A stretch of 64,000 nt of DNA from a virus. Below are positions 44,639-54,832 of this stretch, one piece after another; position 1 is the first letter of the stretch; each line of letters begins with the position of its first letter. Position numbers and translations under genes: made by a program. The stretch lies in the IMG/VR virus record IMGVR_UViG_3300024520_000060, positions 5,997 through 69,996 of that record. One strand, given 5' to 3'. The notes beneath the pieces were generated by a model that did not search any database, was not told where the DNA came from, and was given only the letters and a program-made list of their open reading frames with translations.

Positions 44639-44961
44639 CAGATTGAATCCCAGTATTTTTGGGTTGCGGCGTCGGCGATCTCATCTTCCCACTCGGTTTC
44701 GATCTTCTGTATGATGATGGGCGGCAGCTCGCCAGTGTACTTGTGACAGGCTCGGATCATTCTCTCCGTGTTCACTTCCTCGACCTCCAGAGCCTCGATC
44801 ACCTCGTCGATGTCGCCCACCTCCCAGGTGAAGGACTCACACCCACCGGGGTCCGCAGGGTAGCCGGGGTCTCCGTTGGAGTATGTATGTACCCCCGGGT
44901 CTCCTGGGTCAATCTCCGCCTCAATGTTGAGGCCACGGTACTCCAGATCGATGGTATGCAT
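44638..44961 (-). CDS. acidic hypothetical protein
   Basis: YSNGDPGYPADP motif; coupled operon. Confidence 0.65.
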   Translation of the reverse strand: MHTIDLEYRGLNIEAEIDPGDPGVHTYSNGDPGYPADPGGCESFTWEVGDIDEVIEALEVEEVNTERMIRACHKYTGELPPIIIQKIETEWEDEIADAATQKYWDSI

Positions 44962-45209
44962 CAGTTCTCCAGGTGGTTTCGGATCAGTTCTTCCAGGTCC
45001 GGCACGGGCCGTGCCTGCTCTTCACTCAACAATACCCCGGCCCAGCGGGCGAAGCGGCATTCAATTGCGGAACCCGCCATTTGCCTCTCTTCGCGCTCAC
45101 CGTTCGGGAATTCGATGCTCACAGTGATGACCCCTTTGCCGGCAGCTTTGGCCTCGGCTCGGAGTTCCTTCGGGTAGCTCGTGCGCAGTTTCAGCTTCGG
45201 TTCTGCCAT
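44961..45209 (-). CDS. hypothetical protein
   Basis: Coupled to the primase stop. Confidence 0.6.
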   Translation of the reverse strand: MAEPKLKLRTSYPKELRAEAKAAGKGVITVSIEFPNGEREERQMAGSAIECRFARWAGVLLSEEQARPVPDLEELIRNHLEN

Positions 45210-47605
45210 CAGAATGCGTCCTTGTCACTTGGGGGTGCGATGGGTTCCTTCTCCCACTCGGTAGCGCTGCCACTGTATCGGTCATACGCTTCGCGCATCT
45301 CCCTGAGGAAGGGTAGCGCGAACACGTAGGGGCGGGCGGAGTGGGTGGTCTTTTCCTGACCGCTGGAGGGGTGGACGTTCCGGCCCTGGATGTTGTGGAT
45401 GCCGGTGCCGTCAATCTGCTGCTTGGTGTCCCGACCGATGACCTTCTTCAGGAAGGTTGCCATCTCACCGATTCGGATGCGACTGGCTGCCGAGTTGTAG
45501 TCCCAGCACACCATGCCGGTCTGCACCAAGGCACCGTTGGTCAGGATGACGTCATCCAGCACACCCTCCTGGAGGATGGAGACCCACCAGCGCTCCAGGC
45601 TGTTGCCTGACAGGTTCTTCTGCTCACTTAGAGCAAGGGTCTTGGGCCTACTGGCTTCGGCGTGGAAGTCGCCCACATCCCGGGCCATGAGCATGTAGAG
45701 CAGGGCCTCCCGGCCACCGTTGTCCAGCTCGGCATTCACCGCGTCGAAGTACTCGCGATCCTGGACTCGGCTGCTGTTGACGTCAAGCACCACAAACCGA
45801 CGATCACCCTTGGAGATCCTCACCGCCAGCTCTTCGTTCGACGCCATGATGATCCGGAGGTAGCTGGCCCTCTGACCGGCAGCCTTGAACTTGGCGTTGA
45901 TCGCGATCGTTTCCTCCGTCACCAGGGCCTTGACGATGGACTCACCCTTCTTGTCCATGTTCGCCCCCACAGCCTCGTCAGCGAAGAGCGTGACGCAGTG
46001 CTCCAGGTGGCCGTTGAAGCTACCAACCAGGAGGGAGGGGTCTGTGATGGTCATCCCGTGGCTCCCGAAGAGCTCCGTGAAGGGTTTCGCGAACGTACCC
46101 TTGCCCGTGCCTGGTGCTCCCCTGAGAACCAGGGCCGTACCAATCTTCCGGTGAGGCTGCTGCACGGACTTCGCCATCCAATTGAGCAGGTACTCGTAGA
46201 TGGTCGTGTCCCCACTCGCGACCACGTTCAGGATGTGGGCGAGGTAGAGGTCACATGACCCACCCGGCAGCGGCTCAACAGCAAACCCCTCCCACGTGTT
46301 CAGTTCGTCCTCGGCCACGGATACCCCGGGAGGAGCGAACTTGTCACGGGCGTAGGACCGGCGATCCTTGTGCTCCCACCAGTGCTTCCCGAGCGGCACC
46401 TGCCGAGGGTCGCCCTTGTCGTTGACGATAGTCACGAACTGATTGGCGTAGAAGGCAATGAACTCGTTGGGCTTGTGGGCCTCCCCCGTCACAAGGTTGA
46501 CCACCCTCTGGCCCACCCCGTCGTAGGCGAGGACCGCAGCGAACTCGTCATTGATGTCCATGAACCCGGAGCTGATCTTGACCAACTCCCTGGCCCGTTG
46601 GATCTGACGCTTGGCGTAGCCGTCCGTCCTGCCATTGGACCCGTCTATGACAGAGTCGCTGACCGCGAAGTCCGGGTCAGTGATAACCGAGTAGATGACG
46701 TCGTCGGAATAGTCCCCGCGCACCAACTCGCAGCACACGAAGTGCAGCACTGACGAGCGGTCGACGCCACCGCCTTCCTTGGCCCACCGGGTGGGGTCGT
46801 CGGGGTCGCAGCCCTGCACGATGGCCACCTTGGCCAGGTCGCTGGCTGCCTTGAGCTCCACCATGACGTCCTGGATACGCGGCAGGTTGCCGGAGATCAC
46901 GATGGACTTGCCCCTGTCGGCGGTGGCGATGTCAGACTTCGCCGCCACGGAGGGGGCCTTGATGAACCGGGTCAGAGGGTACTCGGCATCAGTGGTGGAG
47001 ATCACCACGGCAGGAGCTATCTTCCTCCCCTTGCTGACCTTGCGCTGGTCAGGGTAGTTGGTGGTGCCCGGCAACCGGGCGATCCGGTCGACGTTGTGGC
47101 AGTGGTCAGCACCGAAGAGGAGTTCAAGCTGGAGGTTGTACAGCTTGGCCTCGTCGTACCTCTTCTCGTTGGCATTGATCGCGAACGGGTCAGTCAGTCG
47201 CCAGAACGCCCAGTACCCGCCACCGCTGTCGGTGATTGCGCTGGGAGCTGGCATGTCCTTGGGGAGCCCTGTGGTGAGGAGACTGAGAATCCTTGCTCGC
47301 TCCTCATCAGGGTCCTCCCCGGCTCGGGGGTCCAGGTCCACATGGAGGAAGGCGAGTTCCTTGATGTCCAGTCGAGTAGCCTTCTTCTCCATGTCCCGGT
47401 TGGGCGGGTTGACGCTGAAGTAGAAGTTGAATTCTCCATTGTCGAGATCTGTAAGCCAGGTGCCAACAAGAGATGCGTCCTTGGGGTAGAAAGTTCGGGA
47501 GTTGGTAGGGAGGCCTGACTTGCGCTCTACAGGGATCGCCGTGAGTAGCCACGGGCCCTGCGGGTACATGTACGTCAGGAATTCAACAGCAGCAGCAGAC
47601 GCCAC
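45209..47605 (-). CDS. primase-helicase (RepB-like primase plus NrS-1-like/DUF5906 SF3 helicase)
   Basis: YFSVN, HVDLD, SGGGYWAFW, RIARLPGTTN; GAPGTGKG Walker A, LFADE, IIMASN, DRRF. Confidence 0.9.
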   Translation of the reverse strand: MASAAAVEFLTYMYPQGPWLLTAIPVERKSGLPTNSRTFYPKDASLVGTWLTDLDNGEFNFYFSVNPPNRDMEKKATRLDIKELAFLHVDLDPRAGEDPDEERARILSLLTTGLPKDMPAPSAITDSGGGYWAFWRLTDPFAINANEKRYDEAKLYNLQLELLFGADHCHNVDRIARLPGTTNYPDQRKVSKGRKIAPAVVISTTDAEYPLTRFIKAPSVAAKSDIATADRGKSIVISGNLPRIQDVMVELKAASDLAKVAIVQGCDPDDPTRWAKEGGGVDRSSVLHFVCCELVRGDYSDDVIYSVITDPDFAVSDSVIDGSNGRTDGYAKRQIQRARELVKISSGFMDINDEFAAVLAYDGVGQRVVNLVTGEAHKPNEFIAFYANQFVTIVNDKGDPRQVPLGKHWWEHKDRRSYARDKFAPPGVSVAEDELNTWEGFAVEPLPGGSCDLYLAHILNVVASGDTTIYEYLLNWMAKSVQQPHRKIGTALVLRGAPGTGKGTFAKPFTELFGSHGMTITDPSLLVGSFNGHLEHCVTLFADEAVGANMDKKGESIVKALVTEETIAINAKFKAAGQRASYLRIIMASNEELAVRISKGDRRFVVLDVNSSRVQDREYFDAVNAELDNGGREALLYMLMARDVGDFHAEASRPKTLALSEQKNLSGNSLERWWVSILQEGVLDDVILTNGALVQTGMVCWDYNSAASRIRIGEMATFLKKVIGRDTKQQIDGTGIHNIQGRNVHPSSGQEKTTHSARPYVFALPFLREMREAYDRYSGSATEWEKEPIAPPSDKDAF

Positions 47606-47608
47606 GGA

Positions 47609-47932
47609 TCAGCCCCAAAACTCGACGAGACGCTTCGGATTGACCCGTCCTCGCTCCATCTGCGTCAACCACCAGCACGAGACTCCGATCTGCTTGGCCA
47701 GTTCGGTTCTCTTGAAACCCCAGCGACGGCGCATTGTGACCGCTGCCTCGTGGGGCTTCAGCTTGCCGATCCTAATACGTGGGCAGCTGCGTGACCGTTT
47801 GCCCGCCTCCAGCATCCGATAGTGCCACTCGGAAAATCCCCAAGCCTCCGCAGCCTGTTCTTGAGTGAGTCCTCGTCTCCGGCGGTCGATGAGGAGACGC
47901 TCCGAGGAGGTCAACTGAGATGATGTAAGCAT
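47609..47932 (-). CDS. tandem XRE-type HTH protein
   Basis: RRRRGLTQEQAAEAWGFS..Y..LEAG and RRRWGFKRTELAKQIGVS...QMERG; likely start MLTSSQ at 47932. Confidence 0.8.
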   Translation of the reverse strand: MLTSSQLTSSERLLIDRRRRGLTQEQAAEAWGFSEWHYRMLEAGKRSRSCPRIRIGKLKPHEAAVTMRRRWGFKRTELAKQIGVSCWWLTQMERGRVNPKRLVEFWG

Positions 47933-48321
47933 GGGACGAGTTCTTTGCGGAGGGTTGCGGCGGAGGTCCAAACAACGATTGAGGCTTCCTTGAGTTCAGC
48001 TTGCGTTGCTTCACCAATAAGTCTAGCGGCCACCCCACCAGAAAGCAACAAGTAGTCCCGTGAAACCTGAAGAAGAACCAGGGCAACTCCGCCCTTTTCC
48101 TCCCTACGAGTCAGCCAGATCCGTTGTTCAATTGTGAGGTCGTGCCCGAGCACGAGCGGTGTCTCCGGCTTTTTGGGCCAGCTGTCATGCTGTTTGAGTT
48201 CAATCCAGCCCCCGGTGTAATTGACATCGGGAGTGCCTCGGCCACAGCCATTTTCAACCCGAACCCCATCAAGTGGCTTGAGTGCTTTCATGACATGACC
48301 GGCGAGTGCTTTCTCACTCAT
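47911..48321 (-). CDS. PD-(D/E)xK nuclease (Holliday junction resolvase / VRR-NUC-like)
   Basis: RVEN..GTPDV...WIELK...EQRIWL. Confidence 0.8.
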   Translation of the reverse strand: MSEKALAGHVMKALKPLDGVRVENGCGRGTPDVNYTGGWIELKQHDSWPKKPETPLVLGHDLTIEQRIWLTRREEKGGVALVLLQVSRDYLLLSGGVAARLIGEATQAELKEASIVVWTSAATLRKELVPCLHHLS

Positions 48322-48836
48322 CGGATGAGCACATCCACACCGGCAGAGTCGAACATCTGACTGGCGGTGTCGTGGGCCACCTTCCACTTTGCACTCGTGG
48401 GGGCGTAGGTCACCACTCGGGCAATCCCCGACTGGATGATGGCCTTGGCGCACTCGTTGCAGGGGTAGAGGGAGGAGTAGAGGGTGGCACCTTCCAGGGA
48501 GGTAGGCACCCCGGTGTTCAGGATGGCGTTCATCTCAGCGTGTACCGTCATGCTGAGCTTGGCGTCCCGCTTCGCCAGGGTGGCCGGGTCATCCGGGAGT
48601 CCCCGTGGGAAGCCATTGTAGCCTACAGAAAGGACCCTACGCTTCGCGTCGACAATGACTGACCCTACCTTGGTGGAGGGGTCCTTGGACCAGGTAGCGA
48701 CGAGCTGAGCGAGCTCGAGGAACCGCCCATCCCAGTCCACAGCTCGGGGTCCGGGGTGGAGTTCGTAGGGGAGGAAGGGGTGGCATGCCCGGAAGTGGTT
48801 TTCCACAGGGCTGCCGCATATCTTGCACACGATCAT
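48318..48836 (-). CDS. dCMP deaminase
   Basis: SKDPSTKVG, GYNGFPRG, HAEMNAI, PCNECAKAIIQSGI; likely start MIVCKIC at 48836. Confidence 0.92.
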   Translation of the reverse strand: MIVCKICGSPVENHFRACHPFLPYELHPGPRAVDWDGRFLELAQLVATWSKDPSTKVGSVIVDAKRRVLSVGYNGFPRGLPDDPATLAKRDAKLSMTVHAEMNAILNTGVPTSLEGATLYSSLYPCNECAKAIIQSGIARVVTYAPTSAKWKVAHDTASQMFDSAGVDVLIR

Positions 48837-49129
48837 ATGTTCACTCGTCTCACACTGATGTCCGGTCGGTCCTTCATGCGGTTGAACACTGTGTCCCTCC
48901 GCTCCTCGGCCTGACTGTAGCTGCGGAACAGTGACCACTGTTCCCCCGGGAGGCCGCATCACGGGGACTCCGGAGTCCCCGGTTGGTAGAATCCAGGCTT
49001 CTGTCGCCAGAAGATCGCGTAGGTCATCGGGATCTGATGCTGGCTCGCCCAGTCCGACAGCTGCTGCATCTGCTTCTTGGCCTTGCGGCTCTTCTTCCTT
49101 TTGCTCATCGTACCATTGCCAGTATTCGC

Positions 49130-51106
49130 TCATCTCTTTGCCCAATCCGGTTCGGCTATGTCGCCCCAATTGGGGCCAGTCTCAATGTCCACCTTGGCCG
49201 GGACACTCATCGGCAACGCTGCTTCCATGATCTCACGGCAGAGCAGTGATTCTTCGGGGCTCCAGATCGTGTGGGTCAACTCGTCATGAACCTGGAGCTG
49301 GAGCCGGATGCCTGCCTCGTCGGCATTCACCATAGCCTCCCGGGTCTGGTCGCCCGAGCTACCCTGGACCGCACGGTTGCCAGCCTTGTGGGCATCCTCG
49401 TACTCCCATCGTCGCTTCTCCGCGTTCCAGATCTTCTTGAACCGGCAGCGCCGACCACCTTTGGTGATGATGTAGCCCCGCTGCTTGGCCTTCTTCTCGG
49501 CAGCCTTCATCAGTAGCTTCACGAACGGGACGCCGGTCCGGAACCTGTCCAGCAGGGCCTGGGCTTCCTCCCCTGCCCCGAGATACTTGATCAGCTCGCC
49601 ATCGTCGTTGGTGAACTCTTTCCATGCCGTCGGGAGGCCCAGGGAACGAGCCAGCTTGCCGGGGCCCATGCCGTAGGACAAACCGAGGAAGATCACCTTG
49701 GCTGCACCTCGCTCCTCCTTGGCTATCTTCCCCTTCAGGTTGGGCCAGTTCGGGTTGATCAGGGTGGCCATCATGTCGTGGTTGTCCGCTGTAGGATCGT
49801 TCCTGTAGCGTTCCGCCATCTCGAAGGCCCGGGGTAGGCGAAGCTGTTCCGCATAGGCTACAGCGCACCGTGGCTCCTGTTGGGAGTAGTCATGGACCGC
49901 CATCTGCCCACCCTCGTCAGCGATGTAGATGGAGCGCCACATAGGGCCGATCTCCGGGTCCCGAGCGGGTTGCTGCTGGAGGTTCGGATCCTTGCATGCC
50001 AGCCGCCCGTACCGTGCGCCGGAGTCATCGCCGTCAGCACTGTCAGACTCTCCGATCATCTGCTTGAAGGTGCAGTGGATGCGGTCGCCAATCGCGTGGG
50101 TCCTGATGGACTTGACGAAGGTGTTCCGCAGCTTGTTGAACTTCTTGGCCACCAGGATCTCCCGGGCAACATCGTTGTCCAGGGTACGGAGCCAGTCATT
50201 CTTGACTGAGTTCTGACCGCTCGGGAACTTGGTGGTGGGTGCAGTCTGGGGGATGGTCAACCCCTGGGCGAGTAGCAGTGGAACCAGGGCTGCAGTCTTC
50301 GTGGTATCTGACAGGTCCAGACCGATGCCAGTCATGTGGGTCAGCTTGGCCAGGGCGGAGGTCTCCCGACCGATGGACCATTCCTCGATCTCGGCGAGCC
50401 GTTCGAAGTCGACGCGGATACCCCGGCGTCGCATCTTCAGCAGGACAGGGAGCAGCCGGGACTCCATGTCCCAGACAGCCTCCAGCCCTTGGTCGTAGAT
50501 CTCACGCTCTTGGCGGCGAAGCAGCTGCATGGGCAATCGGCAGTCCTGCTCCGCATAGGCCCCCACGTGCTCAGGAGGCAGCTCCCACATCCCCTTCTTC
50601 GGGTCTACTCCCCAGGCTGCCGCAGCGGCACGCATGTGGGTCTCGTCCTTGCCCGGGATACCTCTCCGCTCGGCAATAGCGTCCAGACCGTAGCTGTATT
50701 GAAGCTCGTCAAGGAGGGGCTCCGCTACTCCGATGTCCTTGTGCCGTCGGGGCCGGAAGGAGACTCCGTTCTCCTCGCAGTAGTCCAGATCGTACGGAAG
50801 GTTGGCCCCGCAGAGGTCTCCTTTGAACACCTTCGCCTGGTCCCGGATGTAGTTCCACACCTGAACAGGGTCTAGGTTGACACCGTTGGCGTGGCGGATA
50901 GGGAGGTAGGCAGCGGGCCCGTCCTCAATCGCGAAGCCCACACCAATGACGTAGCCGTCACGGCGGACCCCGGGGCCGAGCTTCGTGAGTTGCGGGTCCC
51001 GGGTTTCCAGGTCCACACATACTCTCTTGGCCTCAGCCCAGGAGGGGAGACTTCCAAGCTGGGGAGGGGTCCAGCCTGATCGCGGGGTGAAGGGCGGAAG
51101 GTTCAC
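49130..51106 (-). CDS. polA: family A DNA polymerase with 3'-5' exonuclease
   Basis: DLET exo I, YAEQD exo III, GRL...PNLQQQP, DYSQQEPR (motif A), K...LG.SYGMG (B), QVHDEL (C). Confidence 0.96.
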   Translation of the reverse strand: MNLPPFTPRSGWTPPQLGSLPSWAEAKRVCVDLETRDPQLTKLGPGVRRDGYVIGVGFAIEDGPAAYLPIRHANGVNLDPVQVWNYIRDQAKVFKGDLCGANLPYDLDYCEENGVSFRPRRHKDIGVAEPLLDELQYSYGLDAIAERRGIPGKDETHMRAAAAAWGVDPKKGMWELPPEHVGAYAEQDCRLPMQLLRRQEREIYDQGLEAVWDMESRLLPVLLKMRRRGIRVDFERLAEIEEWSIGRETSALAKLTHMTGIGLDLSDTTKTAALVPLLLAQGLTIPQTAPTTKFPSGQNSVKNDWLRTLDNDVAREILVAKKFNKLRNTFVKSIRTHAIGDRIHCTFKQMIGESDSADGDDSGARYGRLACKDPNLQQQPARDPEIGPMWRSIYIADEGGQMAVHDYSQQEPRCAVAYAEQLRLPRAFEMAERYRNDPTADNHDMMATLINPNWPNLKGKIAKEERGAAKVIFLGLSYGMGPGKLARSLGLPTAWKEFTNDDGELIKYLGAGEEAQALLDRFRTGVPFVKLLMKAAEKKAKQRGYIITKGGRRCRFKKIWNAEKRRWEYEDAHKAGNRAVQGSSGDQTREAMVNADEAGIRLQLQVHDELTHTIWSPEESLLCREIMEAALPMSVPAKVDIETGPNWGDIAEPDWAKR

Positions 51107-51480
51107 TCGGAGGGTTCGTCGTAGCAGGTGCCGAGGAAATTGGTCGAACTACGCTGGGACTCCTGCTGGTGGATCTCGCCCTCCACCAGCAGGAGGTAGC
51201 GGCGCATGTCACCGATGTCGTCGAGGATACCTTCTTCTCGACCATCCAGCACCGCTCGTTTGATGATGTCGTACTTGTCGATGGCGGGGTATCCCTCCGC
51301 GCTCTTGTCCTCCATCACTCGCTCCATCGCCGTCTCCAGGCGATCCCACTTGCGGGCGAGCATCATGAATGCGCCCACCCCACCACGCTTGAGCCAGCTG
51401 CCTCCGTACTCCATGTCCTTCAGGTGAAGGACAGCGACGTCATGGTTGGCGATGTTTTCGATTCGGCCGATGTAACTCAT
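51103..51480 (-). CDS. nucleotide-modification-associated all-alpha (MazG-like) protein
   Basis: K..EYGGSWLKRGGVGAFMMLARKWDRLE...DDIGDMRRYLLLVE, as seen in YuA/M6-type modification clusters. Confidence 0.7.
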   Translation of the reverse strand: MSYIGRIENIANHDVAVLHLKDMEYGGSWLKRGGVGAFMMLARKWDRLETAMERVMEDKSAEGYPAIDKYDIIKRAVLDGREEGILDDIGDMRRYLLLVEGEIHQQESQRSSTNFLGTCYDEPSE

Positions 51481-51998
51481 TTCGGGAGGACGTCAGGCGT
51501 CCGTGTCCATTCGTGGGTGGTGATGAAGTCCTGAACAGGCTTCGGGATGCGGTTGATGTTGGCCTTGAACCAGGCCAGAAGGTTGCCGAGGCAGGTTGCC
51601 ACGTTCTGGTTTCCCATCGCGAGCTGGTCCTTTGCCCAGAGAAGGAGTTCCAGCTTGTCGCAAGCGTCGAGCCACTCCCAGTTTTCAGAACTGAGGATCA
51701 TGTCGTAGCCCAGGTGGGCTAGGCACTGCTTCTCCATCGCTCCGATGCGTTTCGCGAACTCACCGTCAGACCACTTGGTCGGGGCAGGAACGTCACCACA
51801 CCAGCGCTCGCCAAGGTCGTGAGTCATCATGGCCTTGACCAGGTTCATGCTGGGGTCAGGGTGTAGAGTGAACAGCAACATGGTGGCTGCGTACTGGTGG
51901 GCTCCGTTGGAGTAGGACCCGTGGTGGGGCAGGGTATGGGCCCGCTCCACAGCGGCACCCTCCCTGAGTTTCGTTACGAGGTCGACGATGTCGCGCAT
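51477..51998 (-). CDS. HD-domain 5'-deoxynucleotidase-like (YfbR-like)
   Basis: V.R.HT, H.Y, HDLGE...GDVPAP.K, DKLE. Confidence 0.85.
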   Translation of the reverse strand: MRDIVDLVTKLREGAAVERAHTLPHHGSYSNGAHQYAATMLLFTLHPDPSMNLVKAMMTHDLGERWCGDVPAPTKWSDGEFAKRIGAMEKQCLAHLGYDMILSSENWEWLDACDKLELLLWAKDQLAMGNQNVATCLGNLLAWFKANINRIPKPVQDFITTHEWTRTPDVLPK

Positions 51999-52999
51999 TT
52001 GGCTTGTCTCCGAAGCAGCCACTCCTGACATGCGATGGCCCAGTCATGGGAGGCACACTGGCCCACATGCTGGAAGGCGCGGTCGAAGCGGTCAGGGGTC
52101 TTGCTCTTGAAGGCCCCATAGGCCAGATAGAGCGGGACCGCGACTTGGGTGAAGAAGGGGTCAACGTATGTCCCTGCGTCGCGGAGCAGGAAGAACGTGT
52201 CCAGTTCCCGGTCCCAGCGACCCCGAGGGATCGACATGAGCGGGACGATGTTGCCGATGTCACCCGTGGAGTAGGGGCACGTGTACTGCTCGGGAGGCTG
52301 CGGAGCCTTGTCCGCCAGGGTCTCCACGAGCTTCTGGTGCGGCTCGGTGTAGAAGTGCGTGTTGAAGGAGGTCTGATAGTACATCCCCACCTCCCGGCCA
52401 AGGCCGAGGGCGATGTACTCCTGGAGGAAGCTGAAGTGAACAGCATTCGCACCGTAGGCCCCCCAGATCAGGTCGTTGCTCCGGTTGGTGACCATCATCT
52501 GCAGCTTGCCGTCCAGGTCAACCTGGAAGTAGGCTTGCGTGTTGCAGGGGAGGTCTCGGCTCTGGAGGCCGAGGTCGTGGCGCGGATCCCACATCCCTAG
52601 CACTTGGCGGCGACACTCGGGATTCGCATCCAGAGCCTTGATGATGACATCAAGCTGATCGGTGCCGAAGTGCCTACGCCAGCGGTTGCCATAGGCAGCG
52701 TTGAAGGTCTGGCTGTCGTCGCTGTAGTTGTGCATCCCGGAGTTGAAGAAGCTGACGAACTCCACATCGTTGTCGCCGTGGAGCATCCACAGCGACTCGA
52801 ACAGGTGGAAGAACGGGTTGGCGTCCCGCTCGGGATGGAAGATGACCCGCTCCGTCGGCCGCATGTACGCCGTGGTCAGGGGTACGGGAAGCACCTTGAC
52901 CGGGCCGTTTCGGCTGGCGGTCTCCACACCAAAGTTGAGCAGCTGGAAGCAGCCTTCGGGAAGGGCCTGGTGCACGTTTCGGACGACGATTGTTCTCAT
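51974..52999 (-). CDS. thymidylate synthase homologue, probable dUMP hydroxymethyltransferase
   Basis: RDANPFFH..E.LWML.G, AYG.RWR, DLPCN, NRSNDLIWGAYGAN; Asn at the dUMP-specificity position; next to aGPT-Pplase1. Confidence 0.85.
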   Translation of the reverse strand: MRTIVVRNVHQALPEGCFQLLNFGVETASRNGPVKVLPVPLTTAYMRPTERVIFHPERDANPFFHLFESLWMLHGDNDVEFVSFFNSGMHNYSDDSQTFNAAYGNRWRRHFGTDQLDVIIKALDANPECRRQVLGMWDPRHDLGLQSRDLPCNTQAYFQVDLDGKLQMMVTNRSNDLIWGAYGANAVHFSFLQEYIALGLGREVGMYYQTSFNTHFYTEPHQKLVETLADKAPQPPEQYTCPYSTGDIGNIVPLMSIPRGRWDRELDTFFLLRDAGTYVDPFFTQVAVPLYLAYGAFKSKTPDRFDRAFQHVGQCASHDWAIACQEWLLRRQAKCATSSTS

Positions 53000-53865
53000 G
53001 ACGGAAAATACCTTCTCTTCAGACGTTGGCCACCCTGGGCACGACGCCACTTGTCGTACTCGCAGAGGGAGTGCTCGGCTTCGCGCATCTCCCAGGGCCG
53101 GTCAGGGTATGCCCACAGACCGTGCTTGGGTGTGGACAGTTGGACGAGTTGCTGCATGGTGGACATGGAGAGGGCGACGCCCTTGGCTGAACCATACCCC
53201 ACCCTGTCACGGCAGCCGTGATGGAGCCAGGAAGTTCCCCGGGCAGCACCGGGCCCGGGGGAGGCCCAGGTGTTGATGTCCACAGCATTCTCAAGGATGT
53301 GCGTGTGGCGCAGGTCAGTGACGATTTCGTAGGCCAGGAACGGTCCCAGGAGCCATGTCTCGCACACGATCCTGTGAGCCTGCTCAAGGAACTTTGTTTC
53401 CTCTTCGGCCCCGTAGTCGGCCAGGTTCTCCGCAGTCTGCCTGGCTCCTTCGACGAGCTCGAGCACTCCCGTGAGCTTGTCCTTCCCAGCGGGGGTGCGA
53501 ATCATGTAGGCCCCGGTGCATGTTCGGCCTCCTGCGTTCACGTGCGGTCTGAGAGTTTTCTCCGCCCACGCGCTGTCCCACTCCCCGGTCCGCATCATGG
53601 GCAGCAGGAGTTCGCCAACCTCGATACGGTTGAACCAGCGGAAGGCGAGGGTCATGAGGGCCACGGAGCGCTCGTCTCGGAGCGGGTCCCGCACGTTCTC
53701 CCGGAACCAACGAGTGGTCTTGTCGTCCTCCCGGAAGACGTTGCAGAAGCGGAACTCGCTCAGGACAGGGTCTTTGGTCCAGGGGCCCGGGGCTCCGGAC
53801 TCCTTCTTGATGCGGGTGGCTTCGCGCTCGTTGACGAACCCGAAGAACTGTTCAGTCTCGATCAT
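52996..53865 (-). CDS. alpha-glutamyl/putrescinyl thymine pyrophosphorylase clade 1 (amino acid:DNA transferase family)
   Basis: F..ERE..R.KK..G...PWT.DPVL..FRFCNV.REDDKTT, FRWFN, GAYMI, GPFLAYEIVTDL, GPGA.RG, EHSLCEYDKW. Confidence 0.88.
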   Translation of the reverse strand: MIETEQFFGFVNEREATRIKKESGAPGPWTKDPVLSEFRFCNVFREDDKTTRWFRENVRDPLRDERSVALMTLAFRWFNRIEVGELLLPMMRTGEWDSAWAEKTLRPHVNAGGRTCTGAYMIRTPAGKDKLTGVLELVEGARQTAENLADYGAEEETKFLEQAHRIVCETWLLGPFLAYEIVTDLRHTHILENAVDINTWASPGPGAARGTSWLHHGCRDRVGYGSAKGVALSMSTMQQLVQLSTPKHGLWAYPDRPWEMREAEHSLCEYDKWRRAQGGQRLKRRYFPS

Positions 53866-54026
53866 GCGGGGATCCTCTTGACAAGCTGGAGGTAGAAAGG
53901 GCCGATCCGGAAGACGGCAGCATCGTACGTCAGGTCGTCAGTTTCATAGGCGATGCCCACGTACCAACGGCGAAGTCCACATCCTACGATTGCCTGGAAG
54001 TCCTCCGAGTCGTAGAGGACCTTCAT
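53862..54026 (-). CDS. 54-aa hypothetical protein
   Basis: MKVLYDSEDFQAIVG...RIGPFYLQLVKRIPA*; ATGA overlaps at both ends. Confidence 0.55.
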   Translation of the reverse strand: MKVLYDSEDFQAIVGCGLRRWYVGIAYETDDLTYDAAVFRIGPFYLQLVKRIPA

Positions 54027-54415
54027 CGTCCACCCGCGTTCCGGACCTCAGCCACCGTGGGCCGCAGGATGGTGCTGACCTTGGGCCGAATGACGAGGAC
54101 GCTGACATCGGTCATGGCCGGGACAGGTTCCTTGGACTCGATCATGAGAGCGGTATGGAGGCCGGTGAACGAGCGCTGGAGCGGATCGTGACACATCTCC
54201 AGGAGTAGGGCGGGAACGTGACCGAGGGGCCCACCCCACTTGTCCAGCACTTCGGCGAAGGTGATGTCCTGGCCGTTGCGGTCCACGAGCTTGATCTCCT
54301 CGCCGGGTCCACCTTCCGAGGTCTTCACCTCCTTGGCGGTCTCGATACCGGAGACGACGAGCGTGACATTGTTGCCAACCAAGTTGACGGGATTGTTGAT
54401 CGTGAAGGTTCTCAT
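54023..54415 (-). CDS. hypothetical protein
   Basis: Likely start MRTFTINN at 54415. Confidence 0.6.
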   Translation of the reverse strand: MRTFTINNPVNLVGNNVTLVVSGIETAKEVKTSEGGPGEEIKLVDRNGQDITFAEVLDKWGGPLGHVPALLLEMCHDPLQRSFTGLHTALMIESKEPVPAMTDVSVLVIRPKVSTILRPTVAEVRNAGGR

Positions 54416-54816
54416 GTGGTAGCCCAGTCGAAGGTGGGGCGAACTTCGCCCGGGGATATGTTGAGTTGAATCGGACCGCTCTTGGTGGACATACAGCCCT
54501 GGTCTGTCCACCTGCGGATGCAGGAGTAGCCAACGAACAGGTCCACTTGGTTAGGGTAGAGGCCCAACGCTAGAAAGTCTGCCCTAGATTGCACGAGAAA
54601 GCAAGTGGGACATTGGAATTTCCACTGATTGGGATCCTTCCCGAACAGGGCAATCGCTCGGTCCTGCCAATGCGCGAGTGCGGTCACGAGGTGAGACCCA
54701 GCCACATGATGTAGATCAGGTAGAGGACGAGCGAGATGCGGAGCACCTTGATCCCGAACCGCCATCGTTTCCGCACACGGGCGATCCTTTGCTGTTGGGC
54801 CCGCATGTTTTCCCAT
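54412..54816 (-). CDS. VVA0879-like Cys protein
   Basis: LFG.D...WKFQCPTC..VQS..DF...SCI.RW..GC. Confidence 0.6.
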   Translation of the reverse strand: MGKHAGPTAKDRPCAETMAVRDQGAPHLARPLPDLHHVAGSHLVTALAHWQDRAIALFGKDPNQWKFQCPTCFLVQSRADFLALGLYPNQVDLFVGYSCIRRWTDQGCMSTKSGPIQLNISPGEVRPTFDWATT

Positions 54817-54832
54817 CCGTCACCAAACTGCT

